Below are positions 51,478-62,169 of a DNA stretch of 64,000 nt, one piece after another (position 1 is the first letter of the stretch; every line of letters starts with the position of its first letter). Origin of the DNA: a virus (taxonomy: Duplodnaviria; Caudoviricetes); IMG/VR virus record IMGVR_UViG_3300029305_003084. One strand, written 5' to 3'. The position numbers were made by a program, and so were the translations under genes. A model generated the notes under the pieces. It did no database searches and was not told where the DNA came from. It saw nothing but the letters and a program-made list of their open reading frames with translations.

Positions 51478-52308
51478 TCAGTCCTTTATATAGAATTTAA
51501 TTTTGTTAAATACCTTATAATCTAAATTGTCATATAAACTATTTAAGTCATTACACGGCATACGATAATCAAAATTTTTAAAAGCATCATCTGTTAATAA
51601 ATTCTCTTCTAATTCATTATTATTAAAATCAAAAAGTTTTTTGGTATCCATACAATATATCCAGTCATCTTGATGTAATAATGCAAAATATTTATTAACT
51701 AAATCATCTACAATATTCAATAATTCATTAACTTCTTTTGCATTATTAATATTGTCAACACTAATATTCTCACTACTAAAATTATTGGATATGTTATCTA
51801 GATTTTTTATAGCAATCATTCTTTTTGATGATATTTGTTCACCAATATCAACCATTTTAATTGCAATATTTTTATAATTTTTGTCATTTGCAGACTGAAA
51901 TATTTTTCTATATTTTTTTGATAATTCGCCTATTTCTTTTACATGTTTTTTATACTCATTAACATATTTTCCTAAATCTTTAGGATATTCAACTTTAGCA
52001 ATTTTATTTCTATTAGTTTCTATTATATCATATAGTGAATATTCTGACAATTCACCATTTTTATGTTTATTCTTCATTTTATATTTAATATCTGATAATT
52101 TCAAATATCCTAATATACCTGGTATACCAATAGTTAAAATTGGAATAGCTAATACTATTCCACCAACAGTAAGTGCTACAGTTTCAGCTTTTGATAATTT
52201 TTCTTTATTTTTTATTTTTTTTATAATACCTTCTTCAATATAATCAAAATCATTAAAATACTCTATGGATTCTAAAATTTCTTCAAATTGAATCTTTTCA
52301 TTAATCAT
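51478..52308 (-). CDS. Hypothetical late protein with acidic propeptide-like N-terminus
   Basis: Late promoter at about 52352; EILES..DYIEEG; one hydrophobic helix. Confidence 0.7.
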   Translation of the reverse strand: MINEKIQFEEILESIEYFNDFDYIEEGIIKKIKNKEKLSKAETVALTVGGIVLAIPILTIGIPGILGYLKLSDIKYKMKNKHKNGELSEYSLYDIIETNRNKIAKVEYPKDLGKYVNEYKKHVKEIGELSKKYRKIFQSANDKNYKNIAIKMVDIGEQISSKRMIAIKNLDNISNNFSSENISVDNINNAKEVNELLNIVDDLVNKYFALLHQDDWIYCMDTKKLFDFNNNELEENLLTDDAFKNFDYRMPCNDLNSLYDNLDYKVFNKIKFYIKD

Positions 52309-52409
52309 AAATTAAATCACCTCAATTTTATATATTTCATTAAAAAATTGTTTTTTTTTTCATCTTATATCTCACGAATTACCAGAATAACAATCTAATA
52401 ATACGATTA

Positions 52410-53588
52410 TTGTCAGAAAGTGAGGAATATAAGATGGCAAATAACCTAATTACAACAGAATTATACCCTGTTGTAGCAAAAGCATTTTCTGATTCAAAAA
52501 ATATTAGAGAATACAATCTTATTATTAGTAAATACATTGATAAACATTCTGAATTACTAGCCGCAATTGGTCCTATGGATATCATTCTATTTACCGATGA
52601 TGATAAGAATGTAATTTTTAATATGATTGGTATTAAACCAGAAGAAGTAAAAGCAATCAAAGATAAGTCTACTGATAGAAAAACAAAAGATAATTTGATT
52701 GAAGCACCATTTAGTACATTAATGGCAACTATCATTCGATACTTCGATATGAAGAAAGATGATAAATTACTAAATCTTAGTATCTTTTATTTAACTATGT
52801 CAATGTATCCTTTTATCTATAGAAGATCATTTAAATATAAACCAACTGAGACAATTATGAATTATACTATTAATAACTTGTCCGAAAAATATAAGATAAA
52901 ACAAGCAGGAAATCTAATGAATGCTTTAATTGAAACTTCTAGAGGTGCATATGATCTTCATAGAAAAAACATCATTGATGGTATTGATAGAGGATATACT
53001 GACTTTATTTATGCATTAAAGACCAGAACTAGTAGTCTTATGAAAAATATTGCAAAAGAATTCTATGAAAATTATAAAACTGGTAAATACCTTAATACTG
53101 AAGTAGAGTATAATGAGGAAGATAAGTTTAGAGAAGCGGATTCTTCTAGTTACTTAATTATTAGAACTGCTGATAATATTACATTAAAATTAATTATCGA
53201 TGGTCCTCCAATGAAACTAGTTACAATGTCTGCTCAACAAAATAAAGTATCTATTAATGAACTAAGAAACTATGTTACTACAATGATTAATAATGAACAC
53301 AAAGATGAAATTCATGCTGTCGTTGAAGCTATTTTAACACTATTTTTATTTAATGATAAAAATGATATTAGTGAAATTAATAGTAATAAGTTTCTATTAT
53401 ATTGCTTAGATATTTATAAACGGGCAAATACAACTGATGAACAGATTATAAAAATTAAAAAGATATTAGATAGTTGGCTAGAAGGTCTCGGAACATACAA
53501 AAAGACGCAACGTGTAGCAACTATCAATAACTTCAGAAAAGCTTTATTTACTTTTTTTGTATTATCGATTATGTATTATAATACTTAA
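52410..53588 (+). CDS. Hypothetical protein upstream of RNAP beta fragment (start probably 52434)
   Basis: Late promoter 52389, long ORF. Confidence 0.78.
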   Translation: MSESEEYKMANNLITTELYPVVAKAFSDSKNIREYNLIISKYIDKHSELLAAIGPMDIILFTDDDKNVIFNMIGIKPEEVKAIKDKSTDRKTKDNLIEAPFSTLMATIIRYFDMKKDDKLLNLSIFYLTMSMYPFIYRRSFKYKPTETIMNYTINNLSEKYKIKQAGNLMNALIETSRGAYDLHRKNIIDGIDRGYTDFIYALKTRTSSLMKNIAKEFYENYKTGKYLNTEVEYNEEDKFREADSSSYLIIRTADNITLKLIIDGPPMKLVTMSAQQNKVSINELRNYVTTMINNEHKDEIHAVVEAILTLFLFNDKNDISEINSNKFLLYCLDIYKRANTTDEQIIKIKKILDSWLEGLGTYKKTQRVATINNFRKALFTFFVLSIMYYNT

Positions 53589-53600
53589 TGGGGTGATATT

Positions 53601-54320
53601 ATGGCAATCACTAAAGAAAAACGTAAGAAAATGGAAACTCTCATTTATGATACATTTTCTACATTAGATCCTTCTGGTGTTAATACTGAAAAGTATCAAA
53701 ATATGTTTAAAAAAATGAGCGATGCTCAATTTGATACTTTCTTTAAAAACTATTTCAAAAATGATACATATATGGTATTAGATATTGTAGAATATGAAAG
53801 AGAATTAAAGTTAGAAAATATTGAAAAAGCAGCAAAATTATTAGATGTACCTTTATTTGAAAAACTAGTTATGCCTAATATGAATCATGATAAAGATAAT
53901 CCTGTTGTAACTAAATATGAAGTGCCTGTTGGATATTTACATATTAAGAGACTGCAGCAATTATTAAGTAAAAAGAACAGTACATCTACTGATATTAGTG
54001 CTCGTTCTGCAATTACTGGTCAGGTTATTAATGCGGATAAAAATGCAAGAAACTCTGACCAAGAAAACATTGCAATGATTACTACTGGTGTAGATGCTCC
54101 TATTAAAGAACTATTAGGTGGACGTGCAGATAATATGGCTGCAAAAACTGCAATGTATTCAGAAATTGCTAAAAAAGGTTATGTATCATTGAGTGAGTTA
54201 CCAAATGATCCTTCATCAAAAATTACACTAAATAGTTTAGATGTATATTTTCTTGGTATGGGGCTTAAAACAGACTTATTAACAAATACTCTAGAATTAC
54301 CTAAGACATTAGAAGGGTAA
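53601..54320 (+). CDS. Second RNAP beta C-terminal fragment (probably virion RNAP)
   Basis: VPVGYLHIKRLQQLLSKKN...RSAITGQV...ARNSDQE resembles RpoB VTVGYMYMLKL.H....K...YSLVTQQP...QRFGEME. Confidence 0.75.
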   Translation: MAITKEKRKKMETLIYDTFSTLDPSGVNTEKYQNMFKKMSDAQFDTFFKNYFKNDTYMVLDIVEYERELKLENIEKAAKLLDVPLFEKLVMPNMNHDKDNPVVTKYEVPVGYLHIKRLQQLLSKKNSTSTDISARSAITGQVINADKNARNSDQENIAMITTGVDAPIKELLGGRADNMAAKTAMYSEIAKKGYVSLSELPNDPSSKITLNSLDVYFLGMGLKTDLLTNTLELPKTLEG

Positions 54321-54358
54321 TTAGATATTAAAAACAATAGTATAAAAGAAATTCTATT

Positions 54359-55318
54359 ATGAAAGGAGTGGGGCACTTGAAATCATTAGAGTCTACTTTC
54401 ATATATCGGAATTTAAATAAATCTAATACAATTACTAATAATATTATGAAACTAATGAAAAATGGTCAAGTATTATCTAGTAATAATTTAGATGAATCAT
54501 TGATGATTATCAATAAAAATTTTAAATTCCCGTTTAAATATAAAGTGATGGAAGCATTTGATAATGGTACTATTCGAATCATGTTTGATGATGTTGCCAA
54601 ATTACCAACATGCTTACCTTTCTTTTTAACAAAGTCAAATAGTGGTGACATTGTTGCTGTAGTCGTAGCTAGTATTTATGGATCTATGGATAAAGAAACT
54701 GGTTTCGTAAAAATTGATCCTAAAAAATTATACTGTGCTATGGAAGCTGCCTATATTGCACGACTATGTTATATTAATAGTAGACAATTAGCAAATAAAT
54801 CAGCTATTATTACTACTGGTAGTAACATTTACTCATTAATGTTTGCCAGAGTTCTAAATAAAAAGTTTGCATTAAATATTGATAAAAATAAGTTTCATAA
54901 AGTCGTTATGTTAGCAAGTAAATTCTTTATGATTAACATGTTAGAAATGCCGGACAATGAATTGACATTTAACTATGCAATTAAAAATTGTCCTAATGGT
55001 AATCTATACACATTACAAGATGTAAATGAGTTATTTCCCACAGAATGTTTTAAAGATTTAGAAACATTCCTTACAAATTTAACATCACCTAAATTAGGGT
55101 TAAATTTAAAGGGTTTAACCATTCAAAACTATTTAGAATCTTACATCGGTATGTATGAATCTAGTGCATTGTTAGCATTAGAATCATTCCCATACTTTAT
55201 GTATAACGTATTATCTGTAACAAATGGCGGGTATATTAATAATCAGTATATTATGGAAGACATTGTCGGAAATAATGGTGCTAAATTATATAACGCTATT
55301 TTAACTTTAGATAAGTAA
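54359..55318 (+). CDS. Hypothetical late protein
   Basis: Late promoter 54332; long ORF. Confidence 0.78.
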   Translation: MKGVGHLKSLESTFIYRNLNKSNTITNNIMKLMKNGQVLSSNNLDESLMIINKNFKFPFKYKVMEAFDNGTIRIMFDDVAKLPTCLPFFLTKSNSGDIVAVVVASIYGSMDKETGFVKIDPKKLYCAMEAAYIARLCYINSRQLANKSAIITTGSNIYSLMFARVLNKKFALNIDKNKFHKVVMLASKFFMINMLEMPDNELTFNYAIKNCPNGNLYTLQDVNELFPTECFKDLETFLTNLTSPKLGLNLKGLTIQNYLESYIGMYESSALLALESFPYFMYNVLSVTNGGYINNQYIMEDIVGNNGAKLYNAILTLDK

Positions 55319-55332
55319 GGGGTGAAAGAAAT

Positions 55333-55719
55333 ATGGCAACCACAGTTTCTGCAATCAATTGGGTTAAAGATTCTAATGGTAATTATATTGCCACTTTACC
55401 CATTAATACAATTGATGAAGTGTATTATGATATCGATAAAGGTATCAAGTTAAAGGATGTATTACATCAGGTGGTTCAATATATTCAAGTAACTTCTACT
55501 GCTGAAATGTATAAATTAACTAAAGATGATGTTGTATTAGGTACTATTATTAAAGTAACTGATACTGGTATTAGTTATCGAGTAATTAATCTTGACAAAT
55601 TAAATGTTGAGGCTGGTTATGAAATAGCAAATGGTCCTAACATTGTCTTACCTGATGATGGTAAAGATGAATCTCCTGTTGAAATAATTAGTTATAAACA
55701 ATCAGATATTAATACATAA
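55333..55719 (+). CDS. Small tail-associated protein, paralog of 60541
   Basis: LPINTIDEVYYDID shared. Confidence 0.7.
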   Translation: MATTVSAINWVKDSNGNYIATLPINTIDEVYYDIDKGIKLKDVLHQVVQYIQVTSTAEMYKLTKDDVVLGTIIKVTDTGISYRVINLDKLNVEAGYEIANGPNIVLPDDGKDESPVEIISYKQSDINT

Positions 55720-55748
55720 AATATATTTAATAGAGAGGATGATTTTCC

Positions 55749-57608
55749 ATGGCTTCTACTAAGAAAATAAACGATTTTCAAATCGTAAAAATGCCCCAGG
55801 CTGTTCATAATAGTTTAGGCAATCAGGGTGCAGATAAACTACATGTTATTACTAAGAACGATCAGGATACTAATCTAGAAGTTTATAGTACTCAAAGAAC
55901 TCAAGAACTAATTGAGGATGCTAAAAATAGTTTTAGTATCGATGCTACTGGTAGTAGTGCAGGTTTAATGTCTGCAGCAGATAAAGCTAAGTTAGATAAG
56001 ATCGAAGCTGAGGCTAATAAGTACGTTCTACCCAATGCAGGTACTACACTTGGCGGTGTTAAGAGTGGTGGTGATGTCACTATCACTGATGGTGTAATCA
56101 CTGTTAATGATGATAGTCATAACCATATTATCTCCAATGTTGATGGTTTACAGGATGCTCTAAATCTAAAGGCTCCTTTAGCATCTCCTGCATTAACTGG
56201 TAAACCTACTGCACCTACTGCTGCAGAAGGTAATAATAGTACTCAGATCGCAACTACTGCATTCGTTCAGGGTGAAATTAGTGATCGTGTAAGTGGTCCT
56301 ACTAGTTCTGTTGATGCACATATTGCAGTATTTAGTGGCACTACTGGTAAAGTAGTTAAGGATTCTGGTTTTACTATTGGTAAAAGCGTTCCTGCTGACG
56401 CTAAGTTTACCGATACTACTTATGACGATGCAACTACTTCTAAGTCCGGTTTAATGTCTGCTAATGATAAGGCTAAGTTAAATACTGTTGCAGAAAATGC
56501 AAATAACTATAGTCACCCTGCACCTTATACTGCAGCAGCATCTGGTTTATATAAAGTGACTGTAAATACAGAAGGTCACGTTACTGCTACTACTAAGGTA
56601 GTTAAAGCAGATATTACTGGCTTAGGTATTCCTGCTCAAGATACTACTTATGAAAATGCAACTGTTAATGGTGCAGGTTTAATGTCTGCAGCAGATAAAG
56701 ATAAGTTAGATAAAATTGATGCTGGTGCTAATAAGTACGTTCTACCCAATGCAGGTACTACACTTGGCGGTGTTAAGAGTGGTGGTGATGTCACTATCAC
56801 TGATGGTGTAATCACTGTTAATGATGATAGTCATAACCATGTTATTAATAATGTCGATGGACTACAGGATGCTCTAAATCTAAAGGCTCCTTTAGCATCT
56901 CCTGCATTAACTGGTACTCCTACCGCACCTACTGCAGCAGCAAGTACTAATAATACTCAGATCGCAACTACTGCATTCGTTCAGACTGCAATCAATAGTG
57001 TTTTAGGTGCAAGTGCTGCAATGACCTTTAAGGGTTCTATCGGCAGTAATGCTGATATTACCTCTTTACCTGCAACACATGATATTGGTGATACTTATGT
57101 TGTTAAGACTGCAGGTAGCTATGCTGGTCAGAAATGTGAAGTTGGTGATATGATCATCTGCAACACATCTGGTACAACTGCAAACAATGCTCACTGGAGT
57201 GTTATCCAGACCAATATTGATGGTGCAGTTACTGGTCCTGCTAATTCTGTTGCTGACCATGTTGCAGTATTTGATGGTACTACTGGTAAGGTAGTTAAGG
57301 ATTCTGGTTTTACTATTGCATCTAGCGTTCCTGCTAATGCTAAGTTTACCGATACTGTCTACACACACCCTTCTCATACTGCAGCAGCATCCGGTTTATA
57401 TAAAGTAACTGTAAATGAATTAGGTCACGTTACTGCTACATCTAAAGTAGTTAAAGCAGATATTACTGGTTTAGGTATTCCTGCTCAGGACACTACTTAT
57501 AACAATGCAACTACAACTGCTGCAGGTCTAATGTCTGCTTCTGATAAAGCTAAGTTAGATGCTGTTGGTACAACTATCACAACTTATACTTCCGCAGATA
57601 TTTCTTAA
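55749..57608 (+). CDS. Tail fibre protein with internal repeats
   Basis: Repeats AGLMSAADKAKLD, KAPLASPALTGxPTAPTA, DDSHNH, SGLYKVTVNxxGHVT. Confidence 0.85.
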   Translation: MASTKKINDFQIVKMPQAVHNSLGNQGADKLHVITKNDQDTNLEVYSTQRTQELIEDAKNSFSIDATGSSAGLMSAADKAKLDKIEAEANKYVLPNAGTTLGGVKSGGDVTITDGVITVNDDSHNHIISNVDGLQDALNLKAPLASPALTGKPTAPTAAEGNNSTQIATTAFVQGEISDRVSGPTSSVDAHIAVFSGTTGKVVKDSGFTIGKSVPADAKFTDTTYDDATTSKSGLMSANDKAKLNTVAENANNYSHPAPYTAAASGLYKVTVNTEGHVTATTKVVKADITGLGIPAQDTTYENATVNGAGLMSAADKDKLDKIDAGANKYVLPNAGTTLGGVKSGGDVTITDGVITVNDDSHNHVINNVDGLQDALNLKAPLASPALTGTPTAPTAAASTNNTQIATTAFVQTAINSVLGASAAMTFKGSIGSNADITSLPATHDIGDTYVVKTAGSYAGQKCEVGDMIICNTSGTTANNAHWSVIQTNIDGAVTGPANSVADHVAVFDGTTGKVVKDSGFTIASSVPANAKFTDTVYTHPSHTAAASGLYKVTVNELGHVTATSKVVKADITGLGIPAQDTTYNNATTTAAGLMSASDKAKLDAVGTTITTYTSADIS

Positions 57609-57671
57609 TAGTATAATTTGAATTTAAAGTGCACATAATTGTAAATCATATTTTAAAGAAAGGAAGTGTGA

Positions 57672-60431
57672 TTGACAATGCCTACTTCTAAGCAACTTAA
57701 TGATTTAAAAATCATTAAAATGCCTCAAGACGTATTTAATGTTATGGGCAATGTTAATTCAGATGGGTTACATATCGTCACTAAAGATGATAATGAAACT
57801 AATCTAGAAATATATAGTAGACAGCGAACTGATGAACTTATTTCTAATGCTGTTGTTGTCCCTGATTTATCATGGGTAAGAAGTACACTACCATCAAATC
57901 TACAATGGGAAGATGTAGCATATAATGGTAGTGACCGAATGGTTGCTGTTGCAGAAAGTGGTGAAACTGCATATAGCTTTGATGGTAAAACTTGGACAAA
58001 TGGCGGAACGATCAATTCGCTAAGTTTAGAGAGAGTTGTATATGGTAATGGTGTATTTGTTGCAATGGGATCTGGTGGTATCAATGGTCATGTTGCATAT
58101 AGTACAAATGGTGGCCTTAGTTGGACTATTGTAAATGATTCATTAAGTAATGCTCGCACATCTGCAATTATTTTTGCATTTAATAAGTTTATTGTTCTAG
58201 CTAACAATAATCTTGGTATGTTTAGTTCTGATGGTAGAACTTGGACAACCATGAATTTACCTCTATCACCTAATAATGGTTGGGCTGGTGTTGCATTTAA
58301 TAATGGTAGATTGGTCGCTGTTACTGCTGGTGAAGATAATACCATAGTTAGTACAAATGGTACTAACTGGACGTTAAATACAATTAATGTAGTTGCATCA
58401 GACACCACTAATCAATGGGTTTCTATTGCTGCTGGTAGTGGCTGCTTTATTATCGTTGCTGAAGATAATGCAGCAAATCAATATTTATATAGTACAGATG
58501 GTTTAGTGTGGAGCTTAAAGAATTTCCCGTATTCTGGTCAATGGGCTTCTGTATGTTACGGCGATACCATGTTCATTGCTGTGCGTAGAAGTAGCAGTAA
58601 TGTTGTATATAGTAAGGATGGTCTAACTTGGTATACTATGACATTAGCTGAATCTGCATATTGGGGCATGGTAACATTCTGTAAAGATAAATTCATATTA
58701 CTATCTGATGGTAATCGTGATGGTTATTATTATTTAACTATTAATCCTGGTGTGTCTACTACTAATGCTTCTGATGCAACTATTGCTTTGGCGGCAGTAA
58801 TGACTCAGAACATCACACCCACATTAACATCTGATAATACCGCCCCATTAGTTGTTGCAACAGCAGATGGTCTAAAAACAACAGACATCGTTCCTGAAAA
58901 AATTGCAACTATTGAAAGTGTTGAAACTGTAGTTGATACCGTAGTTAGTGAAAAAATTGATGAGGTTAAAAGTAAATCTTTAAATATTGTATTAGAAGCT
59001 AGTAAGTGGGATGGTAATACGTATACAATTACCGACGAATCCATTACTGCTAATTGTGATGGTATGTTAAACCTAGCAAATAATGTAACTACCGAACAGT
59101 ATGAAGCTGCTGCAAATGCATCTATGAGAATTTCTTCTCAGACTAATGGTAGTCTTGTTATTACTGCTGATGGTACTGTACCTACAATTGATATTCCTGT
59201 TAATTTACTAATTTTATGTGTATCTGGTAGTATTGGTGGTGGGAGTAACGTTTCTTTAGATTCTCCCGCATTCACAGGTATTCCTACTGCACCTACTGCA
59301 GAAGTTGGTACAAATACTGATCAGATTGCAACTACTGCATTTGTTCAGGCTGCAATTAATAGTGCAGATACTACTACAGTTGAATTAGTATTATATGCTA
59401 ATGCTTGGGTTGGTGATTCTGCACCTTATACTCAAACTATTAATCATAAGTTAATTACACCTGATTGTGATGGTATGGTCACTTTCTCTTCTGATATTAC
59501 TGATGAAGAATTAGCTATTGGTCGTTCCGCACAGATCAGATTAACCGACCAAGGTAATGGTACTGCTACCATTACCGCATCTGGTGAACTACCCACCGTT
59601 GATTTACCCATTTCACTAATGCTGTTTGGTATTTCTGGTAACGGTGGTAGTGGTGGCGGAGCATCTCTAGAGTCTCCTGAATTTACAGGTACTCCTACTG
59701 CACCTACTGCTCCTGCCGGTACAAGTACAACTCAAATTGCAACTACTGAATTCGTTCAGAATGCAATTAATGATGCTGAAACCATTACATTAGATTTAGT
59801 ATTATCTGCTAATTCTTGGAATGGTACTGAGGCACCTTATACCCAGACTATTAATAATGAACTAATTACTTCGGATTGTGATGGTATGATTAGTTTCTCC
59901 ACAACAATCACCGATGAAGAATTAGAGGTTGCTTCCGCTGGTAAGATTAGATTGACTGAGCAGGGTGACGGATTCATCACCGTTACTGCTTCTGGTGATC
60001 TACCTACAATTGACCTACCTATAACATTAATGTTATTTGGTGTATCTGGTAGTGGTGGTGCATCTTTAGAATCTCCTGCATTTACTGGAACACCTACTGC
60101 ACCTACTGCATCAAAAGGTACAAACACAGACCAGATTGCAACTACTGCATTCGTTCAGAATGCTGTAAGTGAATGTAAGAGCACTGTATTGAATTTCACA
60201 TTATCTGCTAGTGCATGGTCTAATAATTCTCAAACTATTAGTAATGAAAATATTACTGCTAGTGGTAACGGATTTATTGTATATACCACAGGTATAAGTA
60301 GTGAAGCTATCGCTGCAGCAAGTGATTCACAAATCACATTAAGTGCACAGGTTGATGGTTCTATTACAATTTCAACTAATGGAACTACACCTACAGTCGA
60401 TATTCCCATTACTTTAATTATTTTACCTTAA
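57672..60431 (+). CDS. Tail fibre/receptor-binding protein with BNR-like beta-propeller
   Basis: YSxDGxTW repeats, SPAFTGxPTAPTA x3, four repeated C-terminal beta domains. Confidence 0.82.
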   Translation: MTMPTSKQLNDLKIIKMPQDVFNVMGNVNSDGLHIVTKDDNETNLEIYSRQRTDELISNAVVVPDLSWVRSTLPSNLQWEDVAYNGSDRMVAVAESGETAYSFDGKTWTNGGTINSLSLERVVYGNGVFVAMGSGGINGHVAYSTNGGLSWTIVNDSLSNARTSAIIFAFNKFIVLANNNLGMFSSDGRTWTTMNLPLSPNNGWAGVAFNNGRLVAVTAGEDNTIVSTNGTNWTLNTINVVASDTTNQWVSIAAGSGCFIIVAEDNAANQYLYSTDGLVWSLKNFPYSGQWASVCYGDTMFIAVRRSSSNVVYSKDGLTWYTMTLAESAYWGMVTFCKDKFILLSDGNRDGYYYLTINPGVSTTNASDATIALAAVMTQNITPTLTSDNTAPLVVATADGLKTTDIVPEKIATIESVETVVDTVVSEKIDEVKSKSLNIVLEASKWDGNTYTITDESITANCDGMLNLANNVTTEQYEAAANASMRISSQTNGSLVITADGTVPTIDIPVNLLILCVSGSIGGGSNVSLDSPAFTGIPTAPTAEVGTNTDQIATTAFVQAAINSADTTTVELVLYANAWVGDSAPYTQTINHKLITPDCDGMVTFSSDITDEELAIGRSAQIRLTDQGNGTATITASGELPTVDLPISLMLFGISGNGGSGGGASLESPEFTGTPTAPTAPAGTSTTQIATTEFVQNAINDAETITLDLVLSANSWNGTEAPYTQTINNELITSDCDGMISFSTTITDEELEVASAGKIRLTEQGDGFITVTASGDLPTIDLPITLMLFGVSGSGGASLESPAFTGTPTAPTASKGTNTDQIATTAFVQNAVSECKSTVLNFTLSASAWSNNSQTISNENITASGNGFIVYTTGISSEAIAAASDSQITLSAQVDGSITISTNGTTPTVDIPITLIILP

Positions 60432-60540
60432 TATATAATGGATATATAGTTACTTAAACTATATATCCATTTTTTTAATTTATTCAAATATCTATCATTG
60501 GATATTTATTGAAACATTTTTATAAAGTTAATTATATTCA

Positions 60541-60924
60541 TTGCGAAGGGGTGAGATAAATATGGCCGTCACTAGATATTCTGGTATAATTCATCAAAAA
60601 AATGAACGTGGTGAATATGATGAATTACTACCAATGAATACAATAGACGAAGTTTATTATGATATTGATAATGCTGTTAAATTAAGAGAAATTCTTAATC
60701 AGCTAATTGACTATAGACAGGTAGATTCTATCGATAATATGTATGGATTAACTGCTAATGATGTTAATGTAGGCAGTATCATTAAGGTCGCAAATGGTTA
60801 TACATATAAAGTTGTAGATATCACAAACCTTTCAAATGCAGATGGTTATGAAAAAGTAACTGAGCTTGGTGCTGCAGGTACATCTATTACATTAACCACA
60901 TATAATAATACTGATCTAAATTAA
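60541..60924 (+). CDS. Small tail-associated protein (start probably 60561)
   Basis: Paralog of 55333; late promoter 60513. Confidence 0.7.
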   Translation: MRRGEINMAVTRYSGIIHQKNERGEYDELLPMNTIDEVYYDIDNAVKLREILNQLIDYRQVDSIDNMYGLTANDVNVGSIIKVANGYTYKVVDITNLSNADGYEKVTELGAAGTSITLTTYNNTDLN

Positions 60925-61005
60925 TTTTATATTACGAAGAATATAATATTTTCATTATATTCTTCGTAATATTATATCAATTATTACAATAAAACAATTT
61001 AGTAA

Positions 61006-62154
61006 ATGAATATAATTGACAAATCCTTAATAGAAAGGAGTGTATTGATTATGGAACTTACTGCAACCATTCCCTTAAAAAATATTAAAAAGATTCAGAT
61101 TTATCAAAATAAATCTAGATTGTATATGAAATATATTAAGGAAAAGACTGGAGCAGATTATATTATTAATGGCACAATTTATAATCCTTCAAGATTTACA
61201 TCATATGGAAATACTAAATCTGATGGTGTAGTTCTTCATAATCCAGGATATACCGAATGGGGTTATATGTGGAATACTGGCGAAGATATTAAATTTGGGG
61301 TATTACCAAACTCAACATATCGAAACTATATCGGTTGTGTTGGAATGAAGAAAGGTGATAAGCTGTATTATAACTCAGATATGGGTGGAAAAAGACAGAG
61401 AAGTTGTATTGGTATTAAAGGCAATAACCTAATGCTATATTGTTGTAATGGGGTTCATTCTAAAACACCTGAAACATTACAAAAGTATGTATATAACAAT
61501 GGTTGGTCTAGTGCAATTATGTTAGATGGTGGTGGATCAACTCAATGTATTTTTGATAATAATGTATTAAACTCTACAGAAAATAATGGCAATGGACGAA
61601 TTGTACAGAACTACATTCTAATTTTCTTAGAAGGAAATAATGTAGATACGCACCCAAACACAACAGACAATAAGATCACTGTCACACCTATGTCAAAAAC
61701 TGGTACTGTAAACTGCTCAGTATTAAATGTAAGAAATGGTCCCGGTACATCAAATTATAGTGTAATAGGTACTCTTTCTAAAAATACTAAAGTTGAAATT
61801 ACAGGATACTATGCTCCAACTAAATGGTATCAGATTAAATATAATGGAATAAATGGATATGTCTATTCCTCATATATTGATATACCGGTTGTTGAAACTG
61901 ATAATAAAATTAAATTAACATCAGAATGCCCATATACTGAACCTAAATATGCCATTTATAAAGGTACTGGTGAAGGCGTCAAATGGGTCCAATGGCATAT
62001 GAATGTTATTGTAAATGCAGGATTAGTTATTGATGGTTCATATGGGCCTGCAACGAAAGCTGCAGTAAAAACTTTCCAGCAGAAATATGGGCTTGAAGTT
62101 GATGGTAGTTGTGGTCCTGCAACAAGAGCTAAAATTAAATCATTGGTATATTAA
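61006..62154 (+). CDS. Phosphodiester glycosidase (NAGPA-like) + SH3b + PG-binding domain protein
   Basis: YIING, RQRSCIG, AIMLDGGGSTQ; LNVRNGPGTSNY; DGSYGPATKAAVKTFQQKYGLEVDG. Confidence 0.8.
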   Translation: MNIIDKSLIERSVLIMELTATIPLKNIKKIQIYQNKSRLYMKYIKEKTGADYIINGTIYNPSRFTSYGNTKSDGVVLHNPGYTEWGYMWNTGEDIKFGVLPNSTYRNYIGCVGMKKGDKLYYNSDMGGKRQRSCIGIKGNNLMLYCCNGVHSKTPETLQKYVYNNGWSSAIMLDGGGSTQCIFDNNVLNSTENNGNGRIVQNYILIFLEGNNVDTHPNTTDNKITVTPMSKTGTVNCSVLNVRNGPGTSNYSVIGTLSKNTKVEITGYYAPTKWYQIKYNGINGYVYSSYIDIPVVETDNKIKLTSECPYTEPKYAIYKGTGEGVKWVQWHMNVIVNAGLVIDGSYGPATKAAVKTFQQKYGLEVDGSCGPATRAKIKSLVY

Positions 62155-62169
62155 AAAATCCTTTAAGGA

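Noticed and set aside
55900-57560. Long direct DNA repeats in the fibre gene as an invertible or diversity-generating system
   Set aside because: In-frame domain duplications; no recombinase or reverse transcriptase nearby.
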